A DNA stretch of 64,000 nucleotides from positions 116,012-180,011 of the forward strand of contig CAYNGY010000002.1 of the NCBI GenBank assembly GCA_964397195.1. The letters are read 5' to 3'. Below are positions 42,734-53,223 of this stretch, one piece after another; position 1 is the first letter of the stretch; every line of letters begins with the position of its first letter. Under the pieces are notes generated by a model. It saw nothing but the letters and a program-made list of their open reading frames with translations, made no database searches and was not told where the DNA came from. A program made the translations under genes and the position numbers. The stretch is from an uncultured Gammaproteobacteria bacterium. GTDB taxonomy: Bacteria > Patescibacteriota > Patescibacteriia > SBBC01 > CAIJZX01.

Positions 42734-45019
42734 ATGCCAACACGAACATCATCAAAAAAGAAACCAAACATCGTCAGCCGCATCGTCTCGGCCTTTGTGC
42801 CGACTGACCGTGGGGCGAATTGGGAAACGGCCGCCCGTGCCTGGACCGCGGTCGGGCTCTTTTTGCTGCCGCTGGTCGTTGTGCCGTGGAGCAGTGACGC
42901 CTGGGAACTGCATAAGCTCGGTGTGTTAGTCCTGACGGTGCTCGGCGGGTGGGTCTGTTATGTGGTGGCGATGCTGAAACGGAAGAGTGACCGCTGGGCG
43001 TGGCACCCGCTCGATATTCTGGTCCTGATCTTCGGGCTGGTAGCGACGGTCAGTATGGCAACATCGGTCAACTGGTGGGTGAGTTTTGTCGGCGTGCCGG
43101 GCTGGACAAGCCAGTCGCTGATTGCGATTTGGTCATTCGTCGGTTTGTATTTCTTAGTGGCCAAGCTTTTTGTGACGCCGGCAGATCGACGCTTGGTCTG
43201 GTTTGTCTTACTCGGAAGCTTAGCCACAAGCTTTGCCTTACAGATGTTCCAGTTCGCGAACCTATCGTTCCTCTGGGCGCCGCTCGACAGTAACCGCTGG
43301 ATTAGCACGCTCGGGAATTTAAATCTCCATGTTTCAATTATTGCCGCGGTATTTGCGACGGCCATGCTGCTCTTTTGGTCGGCCGAACAGGAAAAATGGG
43401 TCAAACTGATGCTGGCGGTTGGCGTGTTGCTGAGCTGGTTAGTGCTACTCTTTTCCGGTCGGGCGGTGGCCTGGGCGGTGTTTGCGCTCGGGATGGTCAT
43501 CGTCGTCTTCCATCAGTCCCGCGAAGAGAAGAAGGTCAATGTCCGCCTGATTATGGTTGTCGTCGGTATTGCCGCGATCGGGTTAATCGCCCAGTTGGCG
43601 CACGTGGCCGAACGAAGCGGACTACCGGCCTTTCGGGAATTAACCCTCGACCAGTCAACGACGGCGGCCATCGCGTTTTCGACGGTGGCGGATCGCCCGG
43701 CGTTCGGTTCCGGACCGGCGACATGGTACTACGATTTTGTTTCCCATCGTCCCGAGTCGTTTAACCAGAGTGCGGCCTGGGACCTGCGTTTCACACAAGG
43801 CGGGAGTGCCTGGCTCCAGTCATTTGCGACGCTGGGCATTGGGGGAACAATCATCCTTTTCGGTATTCTTGCCCTCGGCGCGGTGATGGCCTGGTTCGGG
43901 TGGCGTCGTACCGGTGATCCGTTCTTGTTGCTGACGACGTTTGTTGGTGCCGTCGCGATTCTAAGTGGCTTTGTCACGATCTGGTCATTTACCTTCTTGG
44001 TCATGGCCTGGGTCGGCTTAGGGTTAGCCCGGACAACGGTGGCCGATTGGTCGGTCATTAAGCGCTCCGCTCTACCGGCCTGGTCATACACAGTCATCGC
44101 TCTTGGTGCGGTCGTGTCGATTGTGGTTTTAATTCCATTTGTTGGCGCCTACGTTTCGGACGCGGTGACGTATCATGCGGCCCAGCGGGTTCAGAGTGCG
44201 GCGACACGAGAACAGGCCATCGCTGAATTCCGGTTGGCGCTTGATTGGAACGGACGAAATGCCGATGCGGCAAAACTCCTGATTACGACGTACGCCGATC
44301 GGATTAATGACTTGGTTGATGCGAAGAAGAATGATCAAGCCTCGGCCTTGGTAGCGAAATTAACATCGGTGGTGTCCGTGGCGATGCAACGCGATCCGGA
44401 GAATCCACAAATTATTGAAGCCGCGAACCAGGCCTTGAACGCGCTGGCCTACGCGATTCCCGATGCGATTACGCAGGCCCAGACGAACTTTGTCGCTTTG
44501 CAGGCGCTTGAACCGATGAGTCCGATTCATGACGTCGGGTACGGCCAAACGGTGATGGCGCTCGTTACGAAAACCGATTCCTATACACCAACCGTGACGG
44601 AGATCGATACGGCGTTGAAAAAAGCGGTGGCGGTCTATCACCGTGCACTCCAGAAAAAGCCGGGGTATTTCCAAGCGCGGTATTCCCTGATGCAGGCGTA
44701 TATCCAAGCGGAAAAATACACCGAGGCGCTGGCGGTCTTTACCGATACGCCGCGTCTCCAGGCCTATGAACAAGCCTACGTCTATATGGGGGCGGCCAAG
44801 GCTTATGCGGGCCTCAAGAAGCCACACGAGGCCGGGGAGGCCGTGGTCGCGGCGATTCAAGCCTACCCGAGCAGTGCCTCTGTCTATATCGCAGCGGCCG
44901 ATTACTACCTCGAAGCGAAAGAGACCGCGGCGGCGAAAGAGGTGCTGACCCTTGGACAGAAGGTCTACCCGAACGACACGGATATCGCCGATAAACTGAA
45001 AACGCTCGACAAGAAGTAA
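42734..45019 (+). CDS. O-antigen ligase/polymerase-like (Wzy_C) polytopic membrane protein with C-terminal TPR repeats
   Basis: 761 aa, more than 10 TM helices, then TPR-like repeats (YSLMQAYIQAEKYTEALAVF...). Confidence 0.6.
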   Translation: MPTRTSSKKKPNIVSRIVSAFVPTDRGANWETAARAWTAVGLFLLPLVVVPWSSDAWELHKLGVLVLTVLGGWVCYVVAMLKRKSDRWAWHPLDILVLIFGLVATVSMATSVNWWVSFVGVPGWTSQSLIAIWSFVGLYFLVAKLFVTPADRRLVWFVLLGSLATSFALQMFQFANLSFLWAPLDSNRWISTLGNLNLHVSIIAAVFATAMLLFWSAEQEKWVKLMLAVGVLLSWLVLLFSGRAVAWAVFALGMVIVVFHQSREEKKVNVRLIMVVVGIAAIGLIAQLAHVAERSGLPAFRELTLDQSTTAAIAFSTVADRPAFGSGPATWYYDFVSHRPESFNQSAAWDLRFTQGGSAWLQSFATLGIGGTIILFGILALGAVMAWFGWRRTGDPFLLLTTFVGAVAILSGFVTIWSFTFLVMAWVGLGLARTTVADWSVIKRSALPAWSYTVIALGAVVSIVVLIPFVGAYVSDAVTYHAAQRVQSAATREQAIAEFRLALDWNGRNADAAKLLITTYADRINDLVDAKKNDQASALVAKLTSVVSVAMQRDPENPQIIEAANQALNALAYAIPDAITQAQTNFVALQALEPMSPIHDVGYGQTVMALVTKTDSYTPTVTEIDTALKKAVAVYHRALQKKPGYFQARYSLMQAYIQAEKYTEALAVFTDTPRLQAYEQAYVYMGAAKAYAGLKKPHEAGEAVVAAIQAYPSSASVYIAAADYYLEAKETAAAKEVLTLGQKVYPNDTDIADKLKTLDKK

Positions 45020-45036
45020 ATCGACTTCACCCGAAA

Positions 45037-45064
45037 GGGCCCGCGATGAACGGGCTCTTTTTGT
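45037..45064 (+). terminator. rho-independent terminator
   Basis: GCCCG-CGATGAA-CGGGC followed by TCTTTTTGTTGG. Confidence 0.5.
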
Positions 45065-45204
45065 TGGCAGGTGGCACCCGTTACGTTTTTACTCGGTCAG
45101 ACGTTAAAACTCGCATGGGGTCAGGTCACGGGAAAAAATGCCTATTTGTTGGCCAACAGAAAAAAGTCGCTTGACGGCAGAGCTGACGTATTCTGTAATC
45201 GCGG

Positions 45205-47796
45205 CTAACTCGACTTCCGCCGGCGCCCTTTCGGTCGTTTTGGCGCGTGTTCGCGGGCGGCGATGAGCTCAACCGCTTCGTCGATGGTGAGCGCTTCCGG
45301 CTTGGTACCGCGGGGGAGTGAAGCGTTGGTGGAGCCATCGGTTACATACGGTCCGTAGCGACCACTCAAAATCTTGAGCGCGAGTTTTGAGGTCGGATGT
45401 TCGCCGAGCTCACGCAGGGTGGTGGCGGTGCGGCGACCGCGGCCTTTCTTTTCTTCGGCCAAGAGGGCCAGACACTGTTCGAGGGTAATGTGGATTGGGT
45501 CCATGCCCTCGGGGATACTGCGGGTGTCGGTGGCACATTTAATGTACGGACCGAAGCGCCCATTCGCCGCCAAGATTGGTTCATGTGAGTCGGGGTGTTC
45601 GCCGACGGTGCGGGGGAGCGCGAGCAGGGCGAGCGCTTCGTCGATAGAAATAGTCACTGGATCCATCCCCGTCAAAAGCGAAGCCATTTTTGGCTTTTGC
45701 GTGTCACTCGGTTCGCCCTTCTTTTTTCGTTTCGGCTTGATTGGTTTTCCGTTCTCATCTTTTTCCGCGACTGGCATTTCGCCGAGCTGGACATACGGGC
45801 CGAAACGTCCAACTTTCGCGTAGACGTTTTTGCCGGTGGCCGGATCCTGGCCGATGACGCGGTCGGACGTTTTTGCCGACTCGAGAATTTGCATGGCTCG
45901 CTCGACGGTTAATTCATCCGGAGCGACATCATCAGGGATGGATGAGGTTTTGTCCTGCCAACGGATAAACGGACCGTATCGACCAATGCGGACTTCAACT
46001 GGGACGCCGTCTTTTTCCCCAATCGGGACGCCGCTGGTCAGGCGCGGGTCGATCGTGTCTTTGACCGTATCGATGGTGGGCTTGAGCCCGGGGGTGCCGT
46101 CGCCGAAGTAAAAGGTGTGTAAATACTCTTGGACATTTGCCTCGCCGTTGGCGATATTATCGAGGGCGTCCTCCATCGAGGCGGTAAATCCATAATCGAC
46201 GAGGCTCCCGAGATACGTCTCGAGTAGGTTAACGACGGCGAAGGCGGTGAACGACGGAATGAGGGCGGTCCCGCGCTTTAGGACATATTCCCGACGCAGG
46301 ATGGTTTCAATAATTGAGGCATAGGTACTCGGACGACCGATGCCGCGGGTTTCTAATTCTTTGACGAGGCTGGCTTCGGTGAGTCGGGCGGGTGGTTGGG
46401 TGGTGTGGTCGCGTGGCGTGAGCGTTGATAGGCCAAGTTCCTGATTGGCGGCCAGCGGCGGCAAGACGATTTCACGCTCGGCCAGATCGGCGTCCGGGTC
46501 GTCGCTCCCTTCAACGTAGGCGCGGCGATACCCAGGGAATTCGATGGTCTTCCCTTTGGCGTGAAAATGGGCGGGGCCGAGGGCGATGACGGCGGTGGTG
46601 CGCTGTCCGTGGCAATCCGACATCTGTGAGGCGACCGTTCGTTTCCAGATCAGCTCGTAGAGTTTATAGACATCATCAGCCACCTCTTTCTTGACGGTGT
46701 CGAGGGCTTGGAATTCTTCGCCCGCCGGTCGAATGGCTTCATGGGCCTCTTGGGCGTTTTTGACCTTCGTTTGATATTGACGTCCGCCGCTGGCGAGGTA
46801 CTCCGGACCGTATTGTTCGCGAATATACTTTTGGGCGGCGGTCATGGCCTGCGATGACAAGGTCGTTGAATCTGTACGCATGTAGGTGATGTACCCGTTC
46901 TCGTACAGTTCTTGCGCCAACTGCATGGTGCGACGCGCAGAATATCGAAGTTTTCGGTTGGCGTCCTGCTGGAGGGTGCTGGTCGTGAATGGGGCTAATG
47001 GCCGCTCGGTGAACGGCTTGCGGTCGACGGAGAGGATGGTTGGTGTTTCTGTTTTCCACGATTGGCAATACGCCTCGGCTTCGGCCATAGTGATGGCCAT
47101 GGCCTTGGTGGTGAGCTGACCAGTGTTCGGATCAAAATCTTTTCCGGAGGCGAGCGGTTGGCCGTTAATGGCGTTCAGTTCGGCTTCGAAGGCGGTCTGA
47201 TCGGCGGTGAATGTCCCAACAATATCGGCGAAAGTGGCGCTGGTAAATGTCAGGCGGAGACGTTCACGTTCGACAATCAGGCGGATAGCGACACTTTGTA
47301 CCCGTCCGGCCGAAAGCCCCGGTCGAATTTTTCGCCAGAGAATCGGGGAGACCTCGTATCCGTACAGCCGATCGAGGAGGCGGCGCGCCTCTTGCGCACG
47401 AACGAGTCGTTCGTCGAGCGGGCGCGGGTGATCAACAGCTTGTTGGAGGGCGCCTTTGGTGATTTCGTGAAAGACAATTCGTTCAACCTTCTTGGCGGGA
47501 ATCTTTAACAGCTCGGCGAGGTGCCAGGAGATGGCTTCGCCTTCGCGGTCTTCATCAGTCGCGAAGAGGACGCGGTCGGCTTTGCTGGCCCGTTTTCGTA
47601 GATCGGCGACGACGGTTTTACTCCCGCTCGGAACTTCGTATTCCGGGGTGAAGCCGTGTTCAATGTCGATACCCATGGTGCTTCGCGGCAAGTCGCGGAC
47701 ATGTCCGTATGACGACTGGACATCAAAATCCCGTCCTAAAAATTCACGGATCTTTTTTGCTTTGGTCGGGGATTCGACGATGACGAGTGAACTCAT
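45205..47796 (-). CDS. topA: DNA topoisomerase I
   Basis: TOPRIM N-terminus [16 protein letters not shown], the catalytic Tyr region, and C-terminal repeated Zn-ribbon/Lys-rich repeats. Confidence 0.9.
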   Translation of the reverse strand: MSSLVIVESPTKAKKIREFLGRDFDVQSSYGHVRDLPRSTMGIDIEHGFTPEYEVPSGSKTVVADLRKRASKADRVLFATDEDREGEAISWHLAELLKIPAKKVERIVFHEITKGALQQAVDHPRPLDERLVRAQEARRLLDRLYGYEVSPILWRKIRPGLSAGRVQSVAIRLIVERERLRLTFTSATFADIVGTFTADQTAFEAELNAINGQPLASGKDFDPNTGQLTTKAMAITMAEAEAYCQSWKTETPTILSVDRKPFTERPLAPFTTSTLQQDANRKLRYSARRTMQLAQELYENGYITYMRTDSTTLSSQAMTAAQKYIREQYGPEYLASGGRQYQTKVKNAQEAHEAIRPAGEEFQALDTVKKEVADDVYKLYELIWKRTVASQMSDCHGQRTTAVIALGPAHFHAKGKTIEFPGYRRAYVEGSDDPDADLAEREIVLPPLAANQELGLSTLTPRDHTTQPPARLTEASLVKELETRGIGRPSTYASIIETILRREYVLKRGTALIPSFTAFAVVNLLETYLGSLVDYGFTASMEDALDNIANGEANVQEYLHTFYFGDGTPGLKPTIDTVKDTIDPRLTSGVPIGEKDGVPVEVRIGRYGPFIRWQDKTSSIPDDVAPDELTVERAMQILESAKTSDRVIGQDPATGKNVYAKVGRFGPYVQLGEMPVAEKDENGKPIKPKRKKKGEPSDTQKPKMASLLTGMDPVTISIDEALALLALPRTVGEHPDSHEPILAANGRFGPYIKCATDTRSIPEGMDPIHITLEQCLALLAEEKKGRGRRTATTLRELGEHPTSKLALKILSGRYGPYVTDGSTNASLPRGTKPEALTIDEAVELIAAREHAPKRPKGRRRKSS

Positions 47797-48902
47797 GTGG
47801 CAGAAGTATAGCGCATGTCACCATGATGGCGCACGTAGCCTTGGAGTTCGAGGAACGCTAAGGTGGCGCTGATGACACTGGACTCCAGTCTACAGGCTTG
47901 TGCAATCTCGTCAATATGCCGCGGCTCAGATGGTGTGAGGTTAGCGAGAATTTCCCTTTCTACCGGGGTGTTTGGTGTGATGTGACTCGCATTAGGTGTC
48001 GCGTTTTGGAGCGTTGGGAAGGTATCCGAAAAGTGCTGAACCTCCCAAGCGGGTGTAGCACCAAGGCGAAGCCAGCTGAGTGATCCACGATTCGTGGTGC
48101 GGGTGGTATCGCCGGGTAATACGTAGCCGTCACGATTCTGGTCGACAGCAAACTTCATGGTAATGAGCGCCCCGGAGCGGTCCGGCGCCTCGACGAGCCA
48201 GGTGGCGCGACTGAGCCCGGAGATGATGCGATTCCGTTGCGGGAAGTGATGTCGCTCGGCGGATGCGCCGAGCGGCTGTTCGGTAACCAGTGCGCCGCCG
48301 GTGTCGAGGATATCATTTGCCAATATGTCGTGTTCTGGCGGATATATCTCAGTTATTCCCGTGCCCATGACCGCGATGCTAGGCGAGGAGCTTTTGACCG
48401 CGGCTTGGTGTGCGACCGCATCGATCCCAAAGGCTAAGCCGGAGATGATGCCAATGCCGCTTTCAGCTAACCCGCGCGCCACGCGTTCTGTACAGTGAAG
48501 GGCATAGGTGGAGGGGGTGCGCGTTCCGACAATGGCGATACTCGGACGATGGAGGGCCATGATCTCTCCCCGCACGTAGAGGAGTGGTGGTGGCGACGGT
48601 ATTTCCCGTAACAAGGCCGGGTACCGCTCGTCAGTGAGGGGAATAACGTGTATGCGATAACGATCAATCTCGCGCTTGGCGGATTCTTGGTCGAGTTCGG
48701 ATAGCGCGGCGACAACTTTTGATGCCCGCGCAGGATCAATACCCCAATCGATGAGCATTGTGCTTGACCAGGCGGTGATGTCGCTCGTGATGGAGTGCGT
48801 TACAATCGCCCGAAGCACGCCGTCGGTGACGGCTGGAAGTTGGTGGAGTGCCGCAAGGGACTCAGCGGAGTATGGCATTGGTGGTTCCTTCGACCAAGCC
48901 AC
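47793..48902 (-). CDS. dprA: DNA processing protein DprA (Smf)
   Basis: Rossmann-like core [11 protein letters not shown]...[12 protein letters not shown]. The track start at 48902 is GTG; an alternative ATG is at 48878. Confidence 0.8.
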   Translation of the reverse strand: MAWSKEPPMPYSAESLAALHQLPAVTDGVLRAIVTHSITSDITAWSSTMLIDWGIDPARASKVVAALSELDQESAKREIDRYRIHVIPLTDERYPALLREIPSPPPLLYVRGEIMALHRPSIAIVGTRTPSTYALHCTERVARGLAESGIGIISGLAFGIDAVAHQAAVKSSSPSIAVMGTGITEIYPPEHDILANDILDTGGALVTEQPLGASAERHHFPQRNRIISGLSRATWLVEAPDRSGALITMKFAVDQNRDGYVLPGDTTRTTNRGSLSWLRLGATPAWEVQHFSDTFPTLQNATPNASHITPNTPVEREILANLTPSEPRHIDEIAQACRLESSVISATLAFLELQGYVRHHGDMRYTSAT

Positions 48903-48926
48903 GGATGAAGACTAGCGACCGCTGAC

Positions 48927-51900
48927 TTATTTGGCAAGCGGCGTGACCGGCGGGGTGAGCGTGATTTCCGGTTCGACGAATATCTTCAAGACATGTTTTA
49001 GTTCCTGCAGCCAGCCCTGACCGAGCGCGTCGCGGTCAATCTTGATGAATTCGGGAGTGAAGTCCCAAGCCTGATTTCGGGCGAGGAGTGTCCCGATTTG
49101 CTCGGGGGTAATCATCCGCGCGAATGAGATAACGATCTTTTCTTTTCGGACGCCGTCGATGGTCATGTTCGATTGTTGGATTGAGGTGACGGCAGTTTGT
49201 TGGGCGAGAATCTTTAACGCTACGGCCTCGAACAGGTTTTTCAACGGGGCGGGGAGCTCGCGCGTTCCAAATTCATCAGTGCGGAAGTGTTGGAGATCCT
49301 CTTCGGTTTCCACCGCCGCAATGCGCTGGTATAAGCGTAACCGTTTCGGTTCGCTCGGCATAAATTCTTTCGGGATGGCAATCTCCATCGGCAAGTCGAT
49401 CAAGATATCTCGCGTTTGCCGGGCCGGTCGGCCGGTGCGTAATTCTTCGACTGCTTGGGCCAACAGCCGGGCGTAGAGGTTCAAGCCGATGGCCGTGACA
49501 TGTCCATGCTGTTTTTTTCCTAGAATACTGCCGGTGCCGCGAATTTCTAGGTCACGCATGGCGAGTTGGAACCCGCTGCCGAGCTCTTTGGCCTCGAGCA
49601 GGGCCTGCATGCGCTTCTCTGGCTTGCCGGCAACCTTTTCCGATCGGTAGAGGAAATAGGCGTAGGCCTGTCGATCACCGCGACCAACCCGACCACGTAA
49701 TTGATACAGCTGGGCGAGACCGAACTTGGTGGCGTAGTCCACAATCATGGTGTTGACGTTCGGTAAGTCGAGACCATTTTCGATAATGGTTGAAGTTAAC
49801 AGGATATCGAGATGTTGATTGTCGAACTTTTCCATGACATCAACGAGGCGCCGTTCGTCCATTTGTCCGTGGGCGATGCCGATGGATACCTTCGGCAGGA
49901 GTTTCTGGAGGTAATTGCGCTCAATCTCCATTGATTCGACATCGTTGTAGACATAGTAGATTTGCCCTTTTCGGGCGAGCTCGCGTTCGATAACTTCAAC
50001 GATCAGCTCATCACTATAGGGCATGATATTTGTTTCGATCGGACGTCGTCCCTCGGGGGCGGTCTCGATGACGCTAATATCCCGCATGCCGGAGAGCGCG
50101 ATATTCAGCGTGCGCGGGATCGGCGTGGCGGTTAAGGTCAGGACATGCGCTTCCGTTCGCAATTCTTTCAGTTTTTCTTTGTGGCGGACGCCGAAGCGTT
50201 GTTCTTCATCGATAATAATGAGCCCGAGTTTCTTGAATCGGATGTCAGTGGAGAGCAATCGGTGCGTGCCGATGACGATATCAATCGTACCAGCGGCGAC
50301 CTGGGCGAGCGTGGCGGCCTGTTCCTCGTCATCTTCAAATCGGGAGAGCACGCCGATGCGCATTTTCAGGTGCTTCAGGCGATTTTTGAATGTGTCGTAG
50401 TGTTGTTGGGTGAGGATGGTCGTTGGTGATAAGACGGCCACTTGGACGCCGTTGACGGCAGCGCGGAAAGCGGCGCGAATAGCGACTTCTGTTTTTCCGA
50501 AACCCACGTCGCCGCAAATCAAGCGATCGGCGGGAATATCGCGCTCTAAATCGGCCATCGTTTCTTGGAGCGTTCGTTCCTGATCGGAGGTGAGTTCGTA
50601 GGGGAAGGACTGAGCGAGCGCTTCTTCTTGTTCCGGGGCTGGCAGGAGCACTGGCGCCTGAGCTAATTCGCGGCGAGCGTAGAGCTCGAGGAGCTCCTTG
50701 GCCGCCTGACTAGCATCTTCACGAATCTTCTTGGTGACCGCCGCCCAGTTTGACCCAGAGAGGCGGTGGAGTTTTGGATGCGGACTTCCGACGTAGCGCG
50801 TAATCTTATCGGCCGTTTCAACCGGGACGTACAATTTATCACCGCCAGAATATTCGACCACGAAGTATTCTTTCGTGTGTCCATTGACATGCTGGAGTCG
50901 CATGCCCATGAATTTTCCGATGCCATGGTCAAGGTGAACAACAAAGTCGCCTTCTTCAAGATCACCGATGAAGACGTCTTCAACGCGACGGCGATTTGCT
51001 TTCCCGCGTTCGTTCTTCCCGAAGAGTTCGTCATCACCAAAGAACGCATATTTTTCGGTGGGCGCGATGAAGCCATTCGTTGGGCCGGCCGATTCGAGGA
51101 AGGTGAGGTGCTTCAATGAGAACTTTTGTCGTTGGAGCTGCCCTTCGAGTTCTTCCCGACGGGTGGTGTGGATGGCGATGGTGTAGTGGTCAGCGGCCAG
51201 TTTGGAAAAGTCCTTGGCAATGAGCGGCCACTGGGCATGGTAGAAGGCGGCCGCGCGCCAGTCTATTTTCACACTCTGGGTTTCGGAAGCAAATGGCTCG
51301 TAAATGAGTTGCTTGTACTGCTTGATTGCGTCTCGGCCGCGCGGTAGCGAGTCGAGGAGTGACGAACGTGGGGCTACGATCAGCGTTCGCATCGGCTGGA
51401 GATAGGCGAGGAGGCTAATGCGCGGGTCAAGGTGGCTCATGACTACCGGCGGAATGTTTATAGCCCCCGATTTCACCTTCGCTGGAAGCTGTTCGATCGC
51501 ACGAAGGGTTACCCCATCAACACTCAGCCGGGTGGGGCCATCAGTATCTGGAATCCAGACGTCGACTACTTCACCGCGCTGGTGAAAGTACCCCGGCGCA
51601 TCGGCGGCGGGTTGTGCGCTGTACCCACGGAGAACAAGTTGTTCAGCAATCTTTTGCGGCGTCATTGGGCCGCCGACTTCGAGTTGGAAGAATTGTTGTG
51701 CAAGTTCGTTCGGATGGGGGAGCGATTCGGCAAACGCTGTCTGTTGTGCCACTAAAATAATTGGGTCGTGTTGCAAGAGCCGCTCGAGCAATCCGGCGCC
51801 CATGCCCGGAACCATTTCAATTCGTCGATGGTCTTCGTTGCTTTGCCATGTGTTCAGGCAGGCAGCGACGAGCTCCTGTTCGCGCTCCGATCCAACCACA

Positions 51901-52136
51901 TAGACGATCTGCCAAGCCCGCGGGAGTTCCGGGAGGAGTCGTGACATCGCAAAAGCTTCGGCGGTGGGATGGGGCACGCCGACAAGCCGGCCAGTGCCGG
52001 TCTCTGTTAAACGATTGGTCAACTGCCGAAATGGGCCGTTGACCTGATGGTCACGGGATGCGGACACAAGAAATCCGTTGCGGAAACTGAGGGTAGTATA
52101 GCGCATCTTGGAAAAGAGCGCAAGGTCTATTGACAT
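48927..52136 (-). CDS. mfd: transcription-repair coupling factor Mfd
   Basis: 1069 aa. UvrB-homology N-terminus, RNAP-interacting domain, SF2 helicase motifs (GDVGFGKTEVA, DEEQRFG), and the TRG motif. Confidence 0.9.
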   Translation of the reverse strand: MSIDLALFSKMRYTTLSFRNGFLVSASRDHQVNGPFRQLTNRLTETGTGRLVGVPHPTAEAFAMSRLLPELPRAWQIVYVVGSEREQELVAACLNTWQSNEDHRRIEMVPGMGAGLLERLLQHDPIILVAQQTAFAESLPHPNELAQQFFQLEVGGPMTPQKIAEQLVLRGYSAQPAADAPGYFHQRGEVVDVWIPDTDGPTRLSVDGVTLRAIEQLPAKVKSGAINIPPVVMSHLDPRISLLAYLQPMRTLIVAPRSSLLDSLPRGRDAIKQYKQLIYEPFASETQSVKIDWRAAAFYHAQWPLIAKDFSKLAADHYTIAIHTTRREELEGQLQRQKFSLKHLTFLESAGPTNGFIAPTEKYAFFGDDELFGKNERGKANRRRVEDVFIGDLEEGDFVVHLDHGIGKFMGMRLQHVNGHTKEYFVVEYSGGDKLYVPVETADKITRYVGSPHPKLHRLSGSNWAAVTKKIREDASQAAKELLELYARRELAQAPVLLPAPEQEEALAQSFPYELTSDQERTLQETMADLERDIPADRLICGDVGFGKTEVAIRAAFRAAVNGVQVAVLSPTTILTQQHYDTFKNRLKHLKMRIGVLSRFEDDEEQAATLAQVAAGTIDIVIGTHRLLSTDIRFKKLGLIIIDEEQRFGVRHKEKLKELRTEAHVLTLTATPIPRTLNIALSGMRDISVIETAPEGRRPIETNIMPYSDELIVEVIERELARKGQIYYVYNDVESMEIERNYLQKLLPKVSIGIAHGQMDERRLVDVMEKFDNQHLDILLTSTIIENGLDLPNVNTMIVDYATKFGLAQLYQLRGRVGRGDRQAYAYFLYRSEKVAGKPEKRMQALLEAKELGSGFQLAMRDLEIRGTGSILGKKQHGHVTAIGLNLYARLLAQAVEELRTGRPARQTRDILIDLPMEIAIPKEFMPSEPKRLRLYQRIAAVETEEDLQHFRTDEFGTRELPAPLKNLFEAVALKILAQQTAVTSIQQSNMTIDGVRKEKIVISFARMITPEQIGTLLARNQAWDFTPEFIKIDRDALGQGWLQELKHVLKIFVEPEITLTPPVTPLAK

Positions 52137-52186
52137 GGCCGATTTCCCGTGCTAGTCTCCGTCGAGTGCTCTTTCCGTGCTGGTGC

Positions 52187-52676
52187 TGTGTCTTCTACTT
52201 ACAACGGCTACTCGGTTACCCCTCCTATTACCGATTGGCGTTGATCAACGGGCCTCGTGTCTATTGATCCTTGTAAGTAGGAGACACGGCAATATCCAGC
52301 TCGGGGTGAAATACGGGGCGCATGGCGAGCCTCATCGGACCCAGTTCGACTCTCATGGGCGTTGAGGGATGCAAACCCGGAATAGCGCTCGTGTCGTCGT
52401 TTTCCTCGACACGAAACGCCGCGGATCGCGTTCCGCGCACACCCCTTCGTACCGGTCGGTGCGCTCGATACTCACAGCCCATCTGGGTGCGGCCCCCAGT
52501 GGGTCACGTGACGTCGACCACCGACCGGCTTTCTTTTTCTGTCGTCGGCGAGCGCGGCTGTCTCCAGCTGAAAAGAGTTAAGACTCGTGCGACGACGACG
52601 GAGCGCGTGGCTCGATAAAGGTCGGCCATTGCCTCCACCAAGGGCCCCGGACGTTCGGGGCCCCGTATTTTTTCGG
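52187..52676 (+). ncRNA. candidate structured non-coding RNA in the 560-bp pth-mfd spacer, identity unknown
   Basis: No protein-like ORF. Many helices: a long-range 14-bp pairing 52187-52202/52271-52286; a 10-bp helix CCGGTCGGTG/CACCGACCGG at 52452-52461/52519-52528; a 7-bp GTCGTCG/CGACGAC at 52394-52400/52590-52599. It ends at a strong plus-strand terminator. Strand and boundaries are uncertain. Confidence 0.2.
52642..52676 (+). terminator. strong plus-strand rho-independent terminator
   Basis: GGGCCCCG-GACGTT-CGGGGCCC followed by GTATTTTTT. There is no plus-strand protein gene upstream. Confidence 0.6.
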
Positions 52677-52695
52677 TGATGGACGGTCCGACGAT

Positions 52696-53223
52696 TTATT
52701 CCTTTTTCAGCGTCAGTTCGAGGAGGGAAGCGGTCTTTTGAATCGCGTCCTGTATGATTGGTATTTCCGATGCCGAGAACGGTTGGAGGACGTACGTTTC
52801 GGCCGGGAGCTGGACGTCGTGGTTGTTCCCGATCCCGATTCGGATCCGGCGGAACGCCTGAGTCCCTAGGGCGTCGATGATTGATTGGATACCTTGATGA
52901 CCACCGGCTGACCGGTCGAATTGCTCACGGACTTCGCCGAGAGGAAAATCAAGGTCGTCGTGGACAACGATTATTTGGTGACCGTCAGTATCAAGCAGGT
53001 GTCGGTAGGCGAGCCACGCTCGTACTGCCGGACCAGACTCGTTCATAAATAACCACGGCTCAACCAGCAGATGACCTTTATATGTCGCGACCGAAACGTT
53101 TTTTTCTTTTTTCCACTTCTCGCAACTCAGATCGTGGGCCAGACGATTCAAGACCATAAACCCAATATTATGTCGTGTGCCCTCGTATGATTTACCAGGA
53201 TTCCCGAGGCCAATAATGATCAT
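52696..53223 (-). CDS. pth: peptidyl-tRNA hydrolase
   Basis: MIIIGLGNPGKSYEGTRHNIGF. Confidence 0.9.
   Translation of the reverse strand: MIIIGLGNPGKSYEGTRHNIGFMVLNRLAHDLSCEKWKKEKNVSVATYKGHLLVEPWLFMNESGPAVRAWLAYRHLLDTDGHQIIVVHDDLDFPLGEVREQFDRSAGGHQGIQSIIDALGTQAFRRIRIGIGNNHDVQLPAETYVLQPFSASEIPIIQDAIQKTASLLELTLKKE

Noticed and set aside
45163-45191. Good sigma70-like TTGACG-N17-TGTAAT on the plus strand in the Wzy/topA convergent intergenic region.
   Set aside because: It would drive transcription antisense into the 3' end of topA, with no plus-strand gene downstream. It is probably fortuitous, though an antisense RNA cannot be excluded.
52137-52695. tmRNA (ssrA), RNase P RNA or SRP RNA as the identity of the structured spacer.
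   Set aside because: The 3' CCTCCACCA before the terminator is tmRNA-like, but the preceding 17 nt cannot form a T-arm and no 5' GGGG acceptor strand pairs with it. GGAAAG occurs only once, on the minus strand at the wrong end, and not as GGAAAGUCCGG. There is no GGAAGG/AGCAG SRP domain IV.
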